This document shows, one piece after another, positions 47,509 through 56,610 of a stretch of DNA of 64,000 nucleotides. The stretch's first letter is position 1, and the number at the start of each line of letters is the position of its first letter. The translations under genes were made by a program, and so were the position numbers. Source of the stretch: an uncultured Candidatus Saccharibacteria bacterium (GTDB lineage: Bacteria > Patescibacteriota > Minisyncoccia > Phycocordibacterales > PCTT01); the NCBI GenBank assembly GCA_964566505.1, contig CAZMIM010000001.1, positions 65,140 to 129,139 on the forward strand, written 5' to 3'. Under the pieces are notes generated by a model, which worked only from the letters and a program-made list of their open reading frames with translations, had not been told where the DNA came from and did not search any database.

Positions 47509-50220
47509 CTAAATCTCATACTTATAAACATTTTCACCTATTGGGTTTTGTAATAATAATTCGCTATTTTCAAATATTTTTGTAACTGAGTTGGAAAACA
47601 TTATCGAGGCACCCGCTCGTATATATGTTTTCTCTGGGAAAATATAAATACCATCTTCGTACATAATCTGCCATAAACCAATATCAACTTCTCTGTTGCT
47701 ATTATTTGTAATCTCTATAAAACCACCCTCACCTTCTTTAAAGTCTGAAATAGTAATTTGAGCCGACGAAACTTCTATTTTTTTATATATAGATGTAGAA
47801 ATATTTTTCTTTGATACATGAAGACGAATGTTATGAATACCCTCTTGATTAAATGACGTAATAATTCTCCTTCCCTCATTAAACACACCATCTATTTCCC
47901 AAACATATCTATCAGCCGAATCTATCTCTTTTGGCTCAATAACAATCAGGTCTCCAACGTGTATGTTCTCTGGGATATTTATAGAAAATCCTATTAGAGA
48001 AGCGCCTAATGACTCTTGTTCTATTTCTATTATTTGTGCTTGTTCACCAACATTATCTTCTGTGCTATATATAATATCTTCTAGTAATTCACATGAAAGA
48101 TTTCCATCTTCGCTTGAAACACTATTCCAATCTAATAGGTTTTGTTTGTATACATCTATATTGTCATCAAGTTCTATAAAAATATCGTTGTCAGGATGTA
48201 TTTCAAAAACTACATTTAAATCTTCGTTAACAACAATATTTGGGCACGATAGAAATGTGTCCTCTGAACCACTCTCAACATCAAGTTCTAGAAAACCATC
48301 GCCTGTTCCCCATATTTCTACATCATAAAAACCTCCCTGGGGAAGAGATATGTATATTTCATCACCAAACACAAACAGTGCACTTCCTGGAATTTCTTCT
48401 TCTATTATATAAATGTCTGATCCTGGATTTTGTACGAGTCCGGTGTGGTTTCCATTCCTGTCAGAAATATCTAGAGTTACTGGAGAATGTGTGCTGACAA
48501 GTAATTTATCTACCACATCTTCTGGAGAAGGTTTTTCATTAGATATATACGATATTTCCTGGTTTACATTTTTTATTTTATTTTTTATTAATTCTTGAAT
48601 TGGAATAGCATTCATAAAATTTAAATGTCTATTCTTCTCCCCTTCAATTTTATTGAACTGAAAAAGATTAAAATAAAAAACCTCATCCAAATCGTTTGCG
48701 CTCTCTGAAATCACAGTCTTATCACCCTCTACTGTAAATTGTGGTCTCAAACCTCTTTCTGTATAAACAACACTTTTTATCGTTTCCATTCCCCAGCCTA
48801 CAATCGCTGTATTTTCTATACTTTCTGGAATTTCTAAATCATCATAATATTCATGAAATTCAAGCGCTTCATTAAAAATGACGCTGTCTAAAATTATTGG
48901 TGAATATAAATCATCAGACCCAGGAACATCTCTTGATACACCATCACCTTTCAAAAACTCTTCGAGCTCTGAAAATTTTGATATTGCAACACCCCACCTG
49001 TCCCTCCATTCATCTACGTCTTCATTTTCTGTATCAAAAATTATGGGAGGATCTATTACTTGTGAAAAATATTCTTTTGAGGGAAGAAGGTTATATCCAC
49101 CGGGAATATACTGAGAAAATGTCCGTGCATTCTCTGCACTAACAAGAAAAGTTATTTTCTCATCATATCCATGTAAAAGTGCTGGTATTGCTTTTGGAGC
49201 ACCCAAATGAGGCGTGCCTACTGTAATAAAATTGTCCACCAAATCTTCTTCCCCTTCTTTATCCAATACATCAATAATTACCTTTCCTAAAAGCCCTCCA
49301 TTTGAGTGTCCAATAATAGACACCTTGCCTGTGTCAGAGATATTTGCCATTTCTTCTATTAGAGAAATTATATTTATTGTTTCATCTCTATACTCAACTC
49401 CATTCTCTACAACATCTCGAAGATCATAGCGCCAATCATAAGGAAGTGCATGCCACTGTGAAATAACACCATCACCAACAAGCTCGTCCATGAGATCAGC
49501 ATAATCATCATATACACCGACACCAAACACCGACTCAATCATGTCTCCTACATAAATATCGTTTATACTCTCACCATATTCATCAAAAGAAAGTTCTAAT
49601 ATTTCACTACTCAAAAGTGACGGAGGCCATAGCTTGTCATTTGTATCTCTGTGATACAGCTCACTTCCTTTTATTCCAGGAAGAAAAAGCACGCTAGAAC
49701 AACACTCTTTATACTGCTCAAATGTAAATGAAAGGGTTGAATAGTTTGCCGGCTCGAAATCCGATACACCACCTGAAGAAAACCAATCCACAACATCATT
49801 TACCGACTGGCCGTCTCTCTCTGCAAGCAGTAATGTATATACACCAACATATGAACTAGAGTTTTTTAAGGGTGGTAAAGAAAATGTTTTTGAGATTACA
49901 TTTTGACCTTCTGCAAATTTCTGTAACTGGAGTGAATAATTTTCTCCTTCTACCGCCCCGCCTCCGTTAAGCGCTCCGTATTCTCCTTCAAACAATACCA
50001 GTGTAGTATCTGCGTTTGGGACCTGGTGAGGCCATGTGAATTGAAAAACCCAGGAATTATTCTCCTGGGTTAGATCTGGCCTATAAATTGTTTCTCCCTC
50101 TATAATAGTCGCTCCTCCATGACTTATGCTTTGAAATACATCAAGCTGGGCAGTGTGTGCAGTGTTGGGCAACAAAAATACCACGCATCCAAAAACAAAA
50201 ATGTATACTCCCCGCTTCAT
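47509..50220 (-). CDS. Secreted alpha/beta-hydrolase (LCAT/phospholipase-like) with PKD-like and lamin-tail domains
   Basis: Signal peptide; VLFLPGIKGS, PYDWR, GHSNGG nucleophile elbow, GTPHLG; C-terminal FIEITN....VDI..W. Confidence 0.8.
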   Translation of the reverse strand: MKRGVYIFVFGCVVFLLPNTAHTAQLDVFQSISHGGATIIEGETIYRPDLTQENNSWVFQFTWPHQVPNADTTLVLFEGEYGALNGGGAVEGENYSLQLQKFAEGQNVISKTFSLPPLKNSSSYVGVYTLLLAERDGQSVNDVVDWFSSGGVSDFEPANYSTLSFTFEQYKECCSSVLFLPGIKGSELYHRDTNDKLWPPSLLSSEILELSFDEYGESINDIYVGDMIESVFGVGVYDDYADLMDELVGDGVISQWHALPYDWRYDLRDVVENGVEYRDETINIISLIEEMANISDTGKVSIIGHSNGGLLGKVIIDVLDKEGEEDLVDNFITVGTPHLGAPKAIPALLHGYDEKITFLVSAENARTFSQYIPGGYNLLPSKEYFSQVIDPPIIFDTENEDVDEWRDRWGVAISKFSELEEFLKGDGVSRDVPGSDDLYSPIILDSVIFNEALEFHEYYDDLEIPESIENTAIVGWGMETIKSVVYTERGLRPQFTVEGDKTVISESANDLDEVFYFNLFQFNKIEGEKNRHLNFMNAIPIQELIKNKIKNVNQEISYISNEKPSPEDVVDKLLVSTHSPVTLDISDRNGNHTGLVQNPGSDIYIIEEEIPGSALFVFGDEIYISLPQGGFYDVEIWGTGDGFLELDVESGSEDTFLSCPNIVVNEDLNVVFEIHPDNDIFIELDDNIDVYKQNLLDWNSVSSEDGNLSCELLEDIIYSTEDNVGEQAQIIEIEQESLGASLIGFSINIPENIHVGDLIVIEPKEIDSADRYVWEIDGVFNEGRRIITSFNQEGIHNIRLHVSKKNISTSIYKKIEVSSAQITISDFKEGEGGFIEITNNSNREVDIGLWQIMYEDGIYIFPEKTYIRAGASIMFSNSVTKIFENSELLLQNPIGENVYKYEI

Positions 50221-50286
50221 ATATAAAGATTCCCATACCTCTAAAATCTTGCAACACTCCCTGTGGAAAACATTATTACAAATAGA

Positions 50287-50313
50287 GTTTGGGAGAGTCA
50301 GACTCTCCCAAAC
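50287..50313. repeat. Family 1 palindrome
   Basis: GTTTGGGAGAGTCAGACTCTCCCAAAC with extended arms. Confidence 0.9.
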
Positions 50314-50366
50314 TCTATTTCACAAAATTATACATTCCAAAATTTATTTCTAAAAAGTTAAAAATT

Positions 50367-50984
50367 TTAATTATCTTTTCCTCCTTTATATAAAAGCCAA
50401 ATAGCAAAAGACATCTCTCCTATTATAGAAGATATTGCAACAGCCATTAAAAACATTTGCGAATAAATTTCATAATTAGAAATCAAAAAATGTGCCCCTG
50501 TGTCAACGATATACATAACACCAGCAAGGCCGAGTATAAATGGAATAATCTTAATCTTATTTTTAAGGATAAGACCAAGAATTATTAGATGAACTCCAAA
50601 AAACAATAATCCTATAAGCCAAAGATTATTAAATGTATCTATATGCAATAGCACTTCAGAGCTTGTTGTAGATGAAAATACTGCTATAAGAGCAAATACC
50701 GCACCTCCCATTAGGGTTGCATGAATTATTCTAAAATATGTACTTAATGTAGAAAGGGTGTTGTTTTTGTATATTTCATACAAAGACCAAGCAACTACAA
50801 CATCAAAAATACCAGCGACCAAAAAAGCAAAAGCCCCGAGTTTAATAAAAAATGTATCCCCTAAAAATATGATTTCTGGATTTCCTATAATTTTTTCAAG
50901 AGAAAAAAAGTTTGCATAAATAGCGGTTAAGAAAATTACTAGATAACTTATACCCGCTATTATTGATAGTTTTCTGTTTGTCAT
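50367..50984 (-). CDS. Multi-TM membrane protein (DUF4386-like)
   Basis: AGISYL...DVVVAW.LY...IGL.FFG.HL...GE.SFAIWLL.KG. Confidence 0.75.
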   Translation of the reverse strand: MTNRKLSIIAGISYLVIFLTAIYANFFSLEKIIGNPEIIFLGDTFFIKLGAFAFLVAGIFDVVVAWSLYEIYKNNTLSTLSTYFRIIHATLMGGAVFALIAVFSSTTSSEVLLHIDTFNNLWLIGLLFFGVHLIILGLILKNKIKIIPFILGLAGVMYIVDTGAHFLISNYEIYSQMFLMAVAISSIIGEMSFAIWLLYKGGKDN

Positions 50985-51198
50985 AAAACACATAGTAACA
51001 AATAAAAAACATAAAATATACAATGATGTATTATGAATAAAAATTTTTAATAACGACCCCTGTAGTACTTATACTTTTCAAAAAGTTAATCTATTTTTGC
51101 ATTATGATGTTTGTGGATAATTGGGAGTTTGTGGGGTATGTTGGTCCTGTAAAATATATGTAGGTCGTTTTTTATTAGACAAGCTTGTAAAAATAAAA

Positions 51199-51405
51199 AT
51201 GAACAAACTAAGTACTTTTGATTGGGTTGCAATGATTCTTGTAATCGTTGGAGGCCTAAACTGGGGGCTTGTAGGGTTCTTTAGTTTTGACCTTGTGGCA
51301 GCAATCTTCGGAGACATGTCATCTATCGCACGGGTTGTGTACGCATTGGTTGGACTATCAGCTCTATACCTACTCTTCATGGTAGGAAAGCTTTCAAAGA
51401 AATAA
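51199..51405 (+). CDS. DUF378 family membrane protein
   Basis: LVIVGGLNWGLVG.F.FDLVAAIFG...RVVYALVGLSALY. Confidence 0.9.
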   Translation: MNKLSTFDWVAMILVIVGGLNWGLVGFFSFDLVAAIFGDMSSIARVVYALVGLSALYLLFMVGKLSKK

Positions 51406-51463
51406 TTATCCTATCCCATTTAACAAAGAACTCCCTTCCGACGGGAGTTTTTTGTTTTTTATG

Positions 51464-51534
51464 TTGCCGGACAGGGACTCGAACCCCGATTTTGTGGACC
51501 AGAACCACACGTCCTGCCATTAGACGATCCGGCA
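51464..51534 (-). tRNA. tRNA-Gln(CUG)
   Basis: Acceptor TGCCGGA/TCCGGCA; anticodon arm TGTGG-TTCTGGT-CCACA; T arm GGGGTTCGAGTCCC. Confidence 0.93.
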
Positions 51535-51538
51535 ATGT

Positions 51539-52573
51539 TTAGACATTCTGTCCCAGAACATCAATGAGCGCAAGCTCGAGCGCCACACTTGGAATAGCAC
51601 TGTATGTGTACTCTCTTGAAGCTTTCAAAAGCGCGCGTAATACATCCGCTCTAATGTGTGAGTCTTTGTTCCCCGCGATGTCTTTTAGGAATGCATATGT
51701 GTCTTGCCCTATTTCATCTTTTAGATCCTCCATCATCTTTGGCGCAAAACGAAACAAAAGGATGTATCTAATGTGTTGCATTAGCATCTTTTGGAACAAA
51801 GAAATATCTGTACCTGAATCTGCTACTTCATGCACACATACAAGAGCGTCTTCGAGTTTTTTTGTATCAATTGCGGTAATGAGTTTTCTGAGTACTTCTT
51901 TTTTAGGAACTCCTGCGACAAGACCGACATGGTCTGTAGTGATTTTCTTCTCACTTGTGGCAGCGATTACTTTCTGAAGAGCGCTGAGTGAATCACGAAA
52001 AGAACCATCGCCCAAAAGTGCCACTACCTCTGCTGCATCTGGCTCTAGTGTGTATCCCTCTTGTTTTGCAATATCTATAATATGCTCTTTGAGTGTGTGC
52101 TCTGACGGCTTTTTAAAATGATGTACCTCACACCGAGACACTACTGTGTCGGGGAGTTTGTGAATCTCTGTAGTAGCAAGTATGAAAATAGCGTGTCGTG
52201 GAGGCTCCTCGAGAGTTTTTAGGAGTGCGTTGAAAGCCTCTTTGGTAAGCATGTGCACCTCATCGATGATGTACACCTTGTAGTCTGACTCAAAAGGAAG
52301 TGCTTGGACTGCTTCGCGAAGTGCGCGAACATCATCGATTCCTCGGTTTGAAGCAGCATCTATTTCGTATAGATCATTTACTGATGTGCCCACCTCTCGA
52401 GCAAGAATACGAGCAATAGATGTCTTTCCTGTACCACGAGAACCAGAGAATAGATATGCGTGTGATACTCCTCCGTCTTTTAGAGTTTGTTTTAGTGTTT
52501 TGATAACAGCCTCTTGCCCACGAACATCTGAGAATGTCTGAGGTCGGTATTTGCGATAGAGTGCTTCTGACAT
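51539..52573 (-). CDS. dnaX: DNA polymerase III gamma/tau subunit (short)
   Basis: LYRKYRP, GSRGTGKT, EIDAASNRG, IIDEVHML, SRC. Confidence 0.95.
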   Translation of the reverse strand: MSEALYRKYRPQTFSDVRGQEAVIKTLKQTLKDGGVSHAYLFSGSRGTGKTSIARILAREVGTSVNDLYEIDAASNRGIDDVRALREAVQALPFESDYKVYIIDEVHMLTKEAFNALLKTLEEPPRHAIFILATTEIHKLPDTVVSRCEVHHFKKPSEHTLKEHIIDIAKQEGYTLEPDAAEVVALLGDGSFRDSLSALQKVIAATSEKKITTDHVGLVAGVPKKEVLRKLITAIDTKKLEDALVCVHEVADSGTDISLFQKMLMQHIRYILLFRFAPKMMEDLKDEIGQDTYAFLKDIAGNKDSHIRADVLRALLKASREYTYSAIPSVALELALIDVLGQNV

Positions 52574-52647
52574 GAGGCCATTATAGCTGAAAAGGCCCAC
52601 TCCGTCATTTTTAGACAGAGTGAGCCTTTGTGAAGCCGAGGATTCGG

Positions 52648-53382
52648 CTAAAATAAGTTCGAGAGGCCGAAGCCGTACTGAACGAATGTTTTTCGACCAT
52701 CGTTCACCGATGTAATCGGCGTACTCAGGTAAAAATCGCCTTCAAGCGAAACATTCCTGAAAATCGGTACCGTAACAGTAGTCCGTTGTTGAGCTTGCCA
52801 GCCGGATTCAAAGTCAAATGCTCCACTATCGTGAACCACATTGACCTGACCCCAGATTGAAACATTACCTAAATTTCCTACTGTTGAAACACCGGTATAG
52901 ATCAAGAGACCGCTACCAGGTGTTTCCCCGCGGCTGGGAGCATATGCTTCCAGTCGGAGAAACGGTGACAATGTTTTTTCATTCAGCTCAACTTCTTTTG
53001 AAATTGAACTAAATGCAGTCATGACATTTCCATCCAAATTAGCTGCAGACTCAACGATCTCAAAGTATCCAACACCGTTGGTCATTGAAAGACCGCCGGG
53101 CAAAATACCAGTTGTCATGGAAACAATGATGTCGAATTCATCGTCAAAATCATTCCACATGCCAGCAGAGTTTTCTCCAAGACCAGTCGAATGCCACAGA
53201 AAAACGTTCAACCAACTATTGCTAATTGAAATGTCACTCTGAGCAACAGAACCGGGCCAGAACTGGCCACCTGCGACACCGATATACTGGTTTCGCACAA
53301 AGCTACGACCAGTTACGGAAACTTGAGCCTGTGCCACGAGTGGTACAAGCAAGATAGCGATGAAAAGAGCGAGTTTTTTCAC
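52648..53382 (-). CDS. Secreted beta-barrel-like protein
   Basis: Signal peptide ending AQA, alternating amphipathic strands, C-terminal YGFGLSNLF, AGGAGGT SD. Confidence 0.6.
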   Translation of the reverse strand: MKKLALFIAILLVPLVAQAQVSVTGRSFVRNQYIGVAGGQFWPGSVAQSDISISNSWLNVFLWHSTGLGENSAGMWNDFDDEFDIIVSMTTGILPGGLSMTNGVGYFEIVESAANLDGNVMTAFSSISKEVELNEKTLSPFLRLEAYAPSRGETPGSGLLIYTGVSTVGNLGNVSIWGQVNVVHDSGAFDFESGWQAQQRTTVTVPIFRNVSLEGDFYLSTPITSVNDGRKTFVQYGFGLSNLF

Positions 53383-53429
53383 GAGAGTTACCTCCTGAGA
53401 TGAGTGAATGTTCTATATATATTATAACA

Positions 53430-54416
53430 CTATCTATACCCCTCTGTCAAGTTAGGATATCGCTTTGTGTAGCGCTCTATCACCTCTTGTGCTTCTGAAG
53501 CAGAATTACAAGCCATAAGCTCTGTACGAAGCTCTTTTGCACCGTCCCACCCTGAAACATACGCCTTAAAGTGTTTTTTCATGATTGCAAAAGGTTTTAT
53601 CTCCCCAAGCAATTCTTCGTATAAATATGAATGCTCTACAAGCACTTTGAGCCGCTCGCCTATTGTAGGTGTATAGTCTGTAAAAAACCAAGGGTTTCCA
53701 AAAGCACCTCGCCCCACCATTACACCATCACATCCTGTTTCTTCTACACGCGCTCGCACCTCTTCCATAGAAGTTACATCACCATTTCCCACAATAAGTG
53801 TGTCGACTCCCATCTCATCACGAATCTCTACCGCTCGTTTAATAGTCTCCCACCTTGCAGGAACTTTTGACATATCTCGCCGTGTACGCCCATGTAATAT
53901 AAGTACATCTATTCCCTCCTCGAGAAGTGCAGGCACCCATTCTTCCACTTCATCTTTTGAAAATCCTGTTCGTGTCTTTACAGAAACTGGCAAGTCGCCA
54001 GCGCCCTCTTTGGTCGCTCGAATAATTTCTTTTGCGCCCTCTGGATCTTTAATCATTGCGGCTCCTGCTCCTTGGTTGCAAATAACTCGTGCAGGACAAC
54101 CCATATTTATATCAATACCATCAAAACCTAAGTCATTTGCATGTTTTGCGGCTTGCTTCATAAGCTCTGGATCTTTTGAGAAAAACTGCGCCACTATTGG
54201 TCGCTCTTCTTCTGTATATCGAAGGTCATTTTGGAGAATATGTCCGCCACCAAGAAAAAGGCCATCTGCTGAAACAAACTCTGTCCACAACACATCTGGC
54301 CCACCAAGTGGTTTTCCGTACTTGGCAAACATTCGACGAAATGACGCATCGGTCACATCTGCCATGGGTGCAAGTGCGAAAAAGGGCTTTTTTATATCTT
54401 TATAAAAACCTTTCAT
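53430..54416 (-). CDS. tRNA-dihydrouridine synthase
   Basis: LAPMADVT, DINMGCP, SVKTR, HGRT, GNGDV, MVGRG. Confidence 0.93.
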   Translation of the reverse strand: MKGFYKDIKKPFFALAPMADVTDASFRRMFAKYGKPLGGPDVLWTEFVSADGLFLGGGHILQNDLRYTEEERPIVAQFFSKDPELMKQAAKHANDLGFDGIDINMGCPARVICNQGAGAAMIKDPEGAKEIIRATKEGAGDLPVSVKTRTGFSKDEVEEWVPALLEEGIDVLILHGRTRRDMSKVPARWETIKRAVEIRDEMGVDTLIVGNGDVTSMEEVRARVEETGCDGVMVGRGAFGNPWFFTDYTPTIGERLKVLVEHSYLYEELLGEIKPFAIMKKHFKAYVSGWDGAKELRTELMACNSASEAQEVIERYTKRYPNLTEGYR

Positions 54417-54442
54417 AACTATGACCCCGGATTATACACAAT

Positions 54443-55282
54443 TTATTTTAATGTGTAGAAAATTTTATTTCCAAAACGAAGGTCTATGTAGTCCACCTCA
54501 ATCACTTCCCCATCTTCAAATGAGAGGTCGTCATAAGATAGAGCAAGTCCTACATGCTCATATACTCTCACGAGCTCGTCATCACTGTTGAATAATAGCG
54601 AGCCTCTGATACCGCTTCCGTCTTCTGGGTCAAAAAATATCTCACTGTCATTGTCTTTCTTCCAAGCAAATGAAACAGGATCGAGTCCATCTTCACGAAG
54701 CGTCTCTATAAATCGAACTCTTGAATGAAAAACATTTGTAGGAAGATATTGTTTTGTAATAGGATCTCCCACAATATTTCCACCATAATATCTAAAGAAA
54801 ATATTTCCTGAAAAAGATGGAGCTTTTGCAAAAATAAATCCATCTTTGTCCATGAAGTAGCATTTTAGAGAATCAGAGGTGCACCACACAGCATCTGCTT
54901 CATACTCTTCTATTTCTATCTCAAGCTCGTTAAAACCTTTTAAATCAAGATCTATATTTTCAATACGAGGATATGCGTTTATGAGAGAGCGTTTTATGTC
55001 TTTGCCTGGAATGAGCAAAATATTACTCTTCGCGAAAATCCACCACTGTCTGTCTGAGAGATGCTTCTGTGTAATCTCTATAACAGGGGCATCAGGCACA
55101 GCGCCATTGTTATCAACAGACACCGTATCAACACGAAAGGCATTCAAATGTGAAATGAGAGCAAGTAGTGTGAGCACCAACACAAACAAAAGCGCATAGT
55201 ACCCAAAGAAAAGAAGCTTCTCCTTTCGTTTCTTTTGAATATACTGCTTCGAACGCAACGAATATTTACGTCGAGAAAACAT
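54443..55282 (-). CDS. FtsQ/DivIB-like cell division protein
   Basis: Basic N-terminus, one TM, POTRA-like region, C-terminal YIDLRFGNK. Confidence 0.75.
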   Translation of the reverse strand: MFSRRKYSLRSKQYIQKKRKEKLLFFGYYALLFVLVLTLLALISHLNAFRVDTVSVDNNGAVPDAPVIEITQKHLSDRQWWIFAKSNILLIPGKDIKRSLINAYPRIENIDLDLKGFNELEIEIEEYEADAVWCTSDSLKCYFMDKDGFIFAKAPSFSGNIFFRYYGGNIVGDPITKQYLPTNVFHSRVRFIETLREDGLDPVSFAWKKDNDSEIFFDPEDGSGIRGSLLFNSDDELVRVYEHVGLALSYDDLSFEDGEVIEVDYIDLRFGNKIFYTLK

Positions 55283-55288
55283 CGTAAT

Positions 55289-56557
55289 CTATTTCTTTAC
55301 GATTTTGTCCTTGCCCATATATGGAACAAGTGGCTCAGGGATGGTAATAGAACCATCTTCGTTTTGGTTGTTTTCTATAAGAGAGATAAGAAATCGTGGA
55401 GTAGCTACTGCTGTGTTGTTGAGTGAGTGTGCGTATCGTAGCTTTCCTTCATCATCGCGATAGCGAATATTGAGTCGGCGTGTTTGAAAATCATGGAAAT
55501 ATGAACATGAATGAGTCTCTCTATATGTATCTTCTGATGGAACCCATGTTTCAATGTCATACTTTTTCACCTGTCCAAGCCCTAGGTCTCCAGCACAGTT
55601 GAGAACCACATGATATGGAATACCAAGTGACTGCACGAACTCTTCTGCGTTTTTCTGTAGCTCTTCGTGAAGCTCTACAGATGTCTGGTGAGACGCTTCA
55701 CACAAAACAACTTGCTCAAGTTTATGGAACTCATGCACTCGCATAAGACCTTTTGTATCTTTGCCGTGACTTCCCGCCTCTCGTCTAAAACATGTTGAGT
55801 ATGAGAGGAACTTCTTTGGAAGTATTCCTTTTTCTAGTATTTCATCAGAGAAATATCCCATTGTTGGAACCTCTGCAGTTCCTGATAGATAGTCTTCGTC
55901 CTGTGTTTTATATAAATCATCTTCACCTTGTGGAAGATATCCCGTTCCAAGAAATGCCTCTTTTCGCAAAAGTGATGGTGCCACAAGCATTTCATAGTCA
56001 CCGCGCTTCAGCATAAAATCACGAGCGTAGTTTAATAGAGCAAATGAAAGTAGTGCTCCATCTCCTTTAAGAAAGTACCCTCTAAATCCAGCAAGCTTCA
56101 CACCTCTATCAAAATCAACAAGTCCGAGGTCTGTCATGAGATCCACATGACTCTTTGGCTCGAATGAAAACGATGGCTTGTCACCCCATACTCGAACCTC
56201 CTGATTTGATTCATCATCTTTCCCTTCTGGTACTGATGGGTCTGGAATATTTGGTACTTGGAGCATAAGTGTTCGCCACTCTTTCATTACATCCTTTAGC
56301 TCTGCCTCTTCTTTTTGAAGCTCCTCTTTGACTGTTTTCATACTCTCAATGATGCCCGCCTTTGCTTCGCCTTCGGCTCGCCCTATTTCTTCTGTTGCCT
56401 TGTTTTGAAGTCCACGCTTTTCCTCTACGCTAATTAAAAGCTCCTTTCTTCGCTCATCAACCTTCAAAAGGGCCTCAATATCTACCTTGATATTCTTCTT
56501 ACGTGCCGCCTCTTTTACGACATCTTTGTGTTCCCGTATGAATTTTATGTCCAACAT
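55289..56557 (-). CDS. serS: Serine--tRNA ligase
   Basis: MLDIKFIR, GTAEV, CFRREAG, RVHEFHK.E, HSLNNT. Confidence 0.97.
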   Translation of the reverse strand: MLDIKFIREHKDVVKEAARKKNIKVDIEALLKVDERRKELLISVEEKRGLQNKATEEIGRAEGEAKAGIIESMKTVKEELQKEEAELKDVMKEWRTLMLQVPNIPDPSVPEGKDDESNQEVRVWGDKPSFSFEPKSHVDLMTDLGLVDFDRGVKLAGFRGYFLKGDGALLSFALLNYARDFMLKRGDYEMLVAPSLLRKEAFLGTGYLPQGEDDLYKTQDEDYLSGTAEVPTMGYFSDEILEKGILPKKFLSYSTCFRREAGSHGKDTKGLMRVHEFHKLEQVVLCEASHQTSVELHEELQKNAEEFVQSLGIPYHVVLNCAGDLGLGQVKKYDIETWVPSEDTYRETHSCSYFHDFQTRRLNIRYRDDEGKLRYAHSLNNTAVATPRFLISLIENNQNEDGSITIPEPLVPYMGKDKIVKK

Positions 56558-56610
56558 ATTACTTAGTATATAGTATCTACTATAGAGTATCTAGTATATT
56601 ATTGAGGTAT

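Noticed and set aside
51112-51120. DnaA box (TGTGGATAA) and partial boxes elsewhere as oriC
   Set aside because: Isolated boxes with no cluster and no dnaA/dnaN nearby
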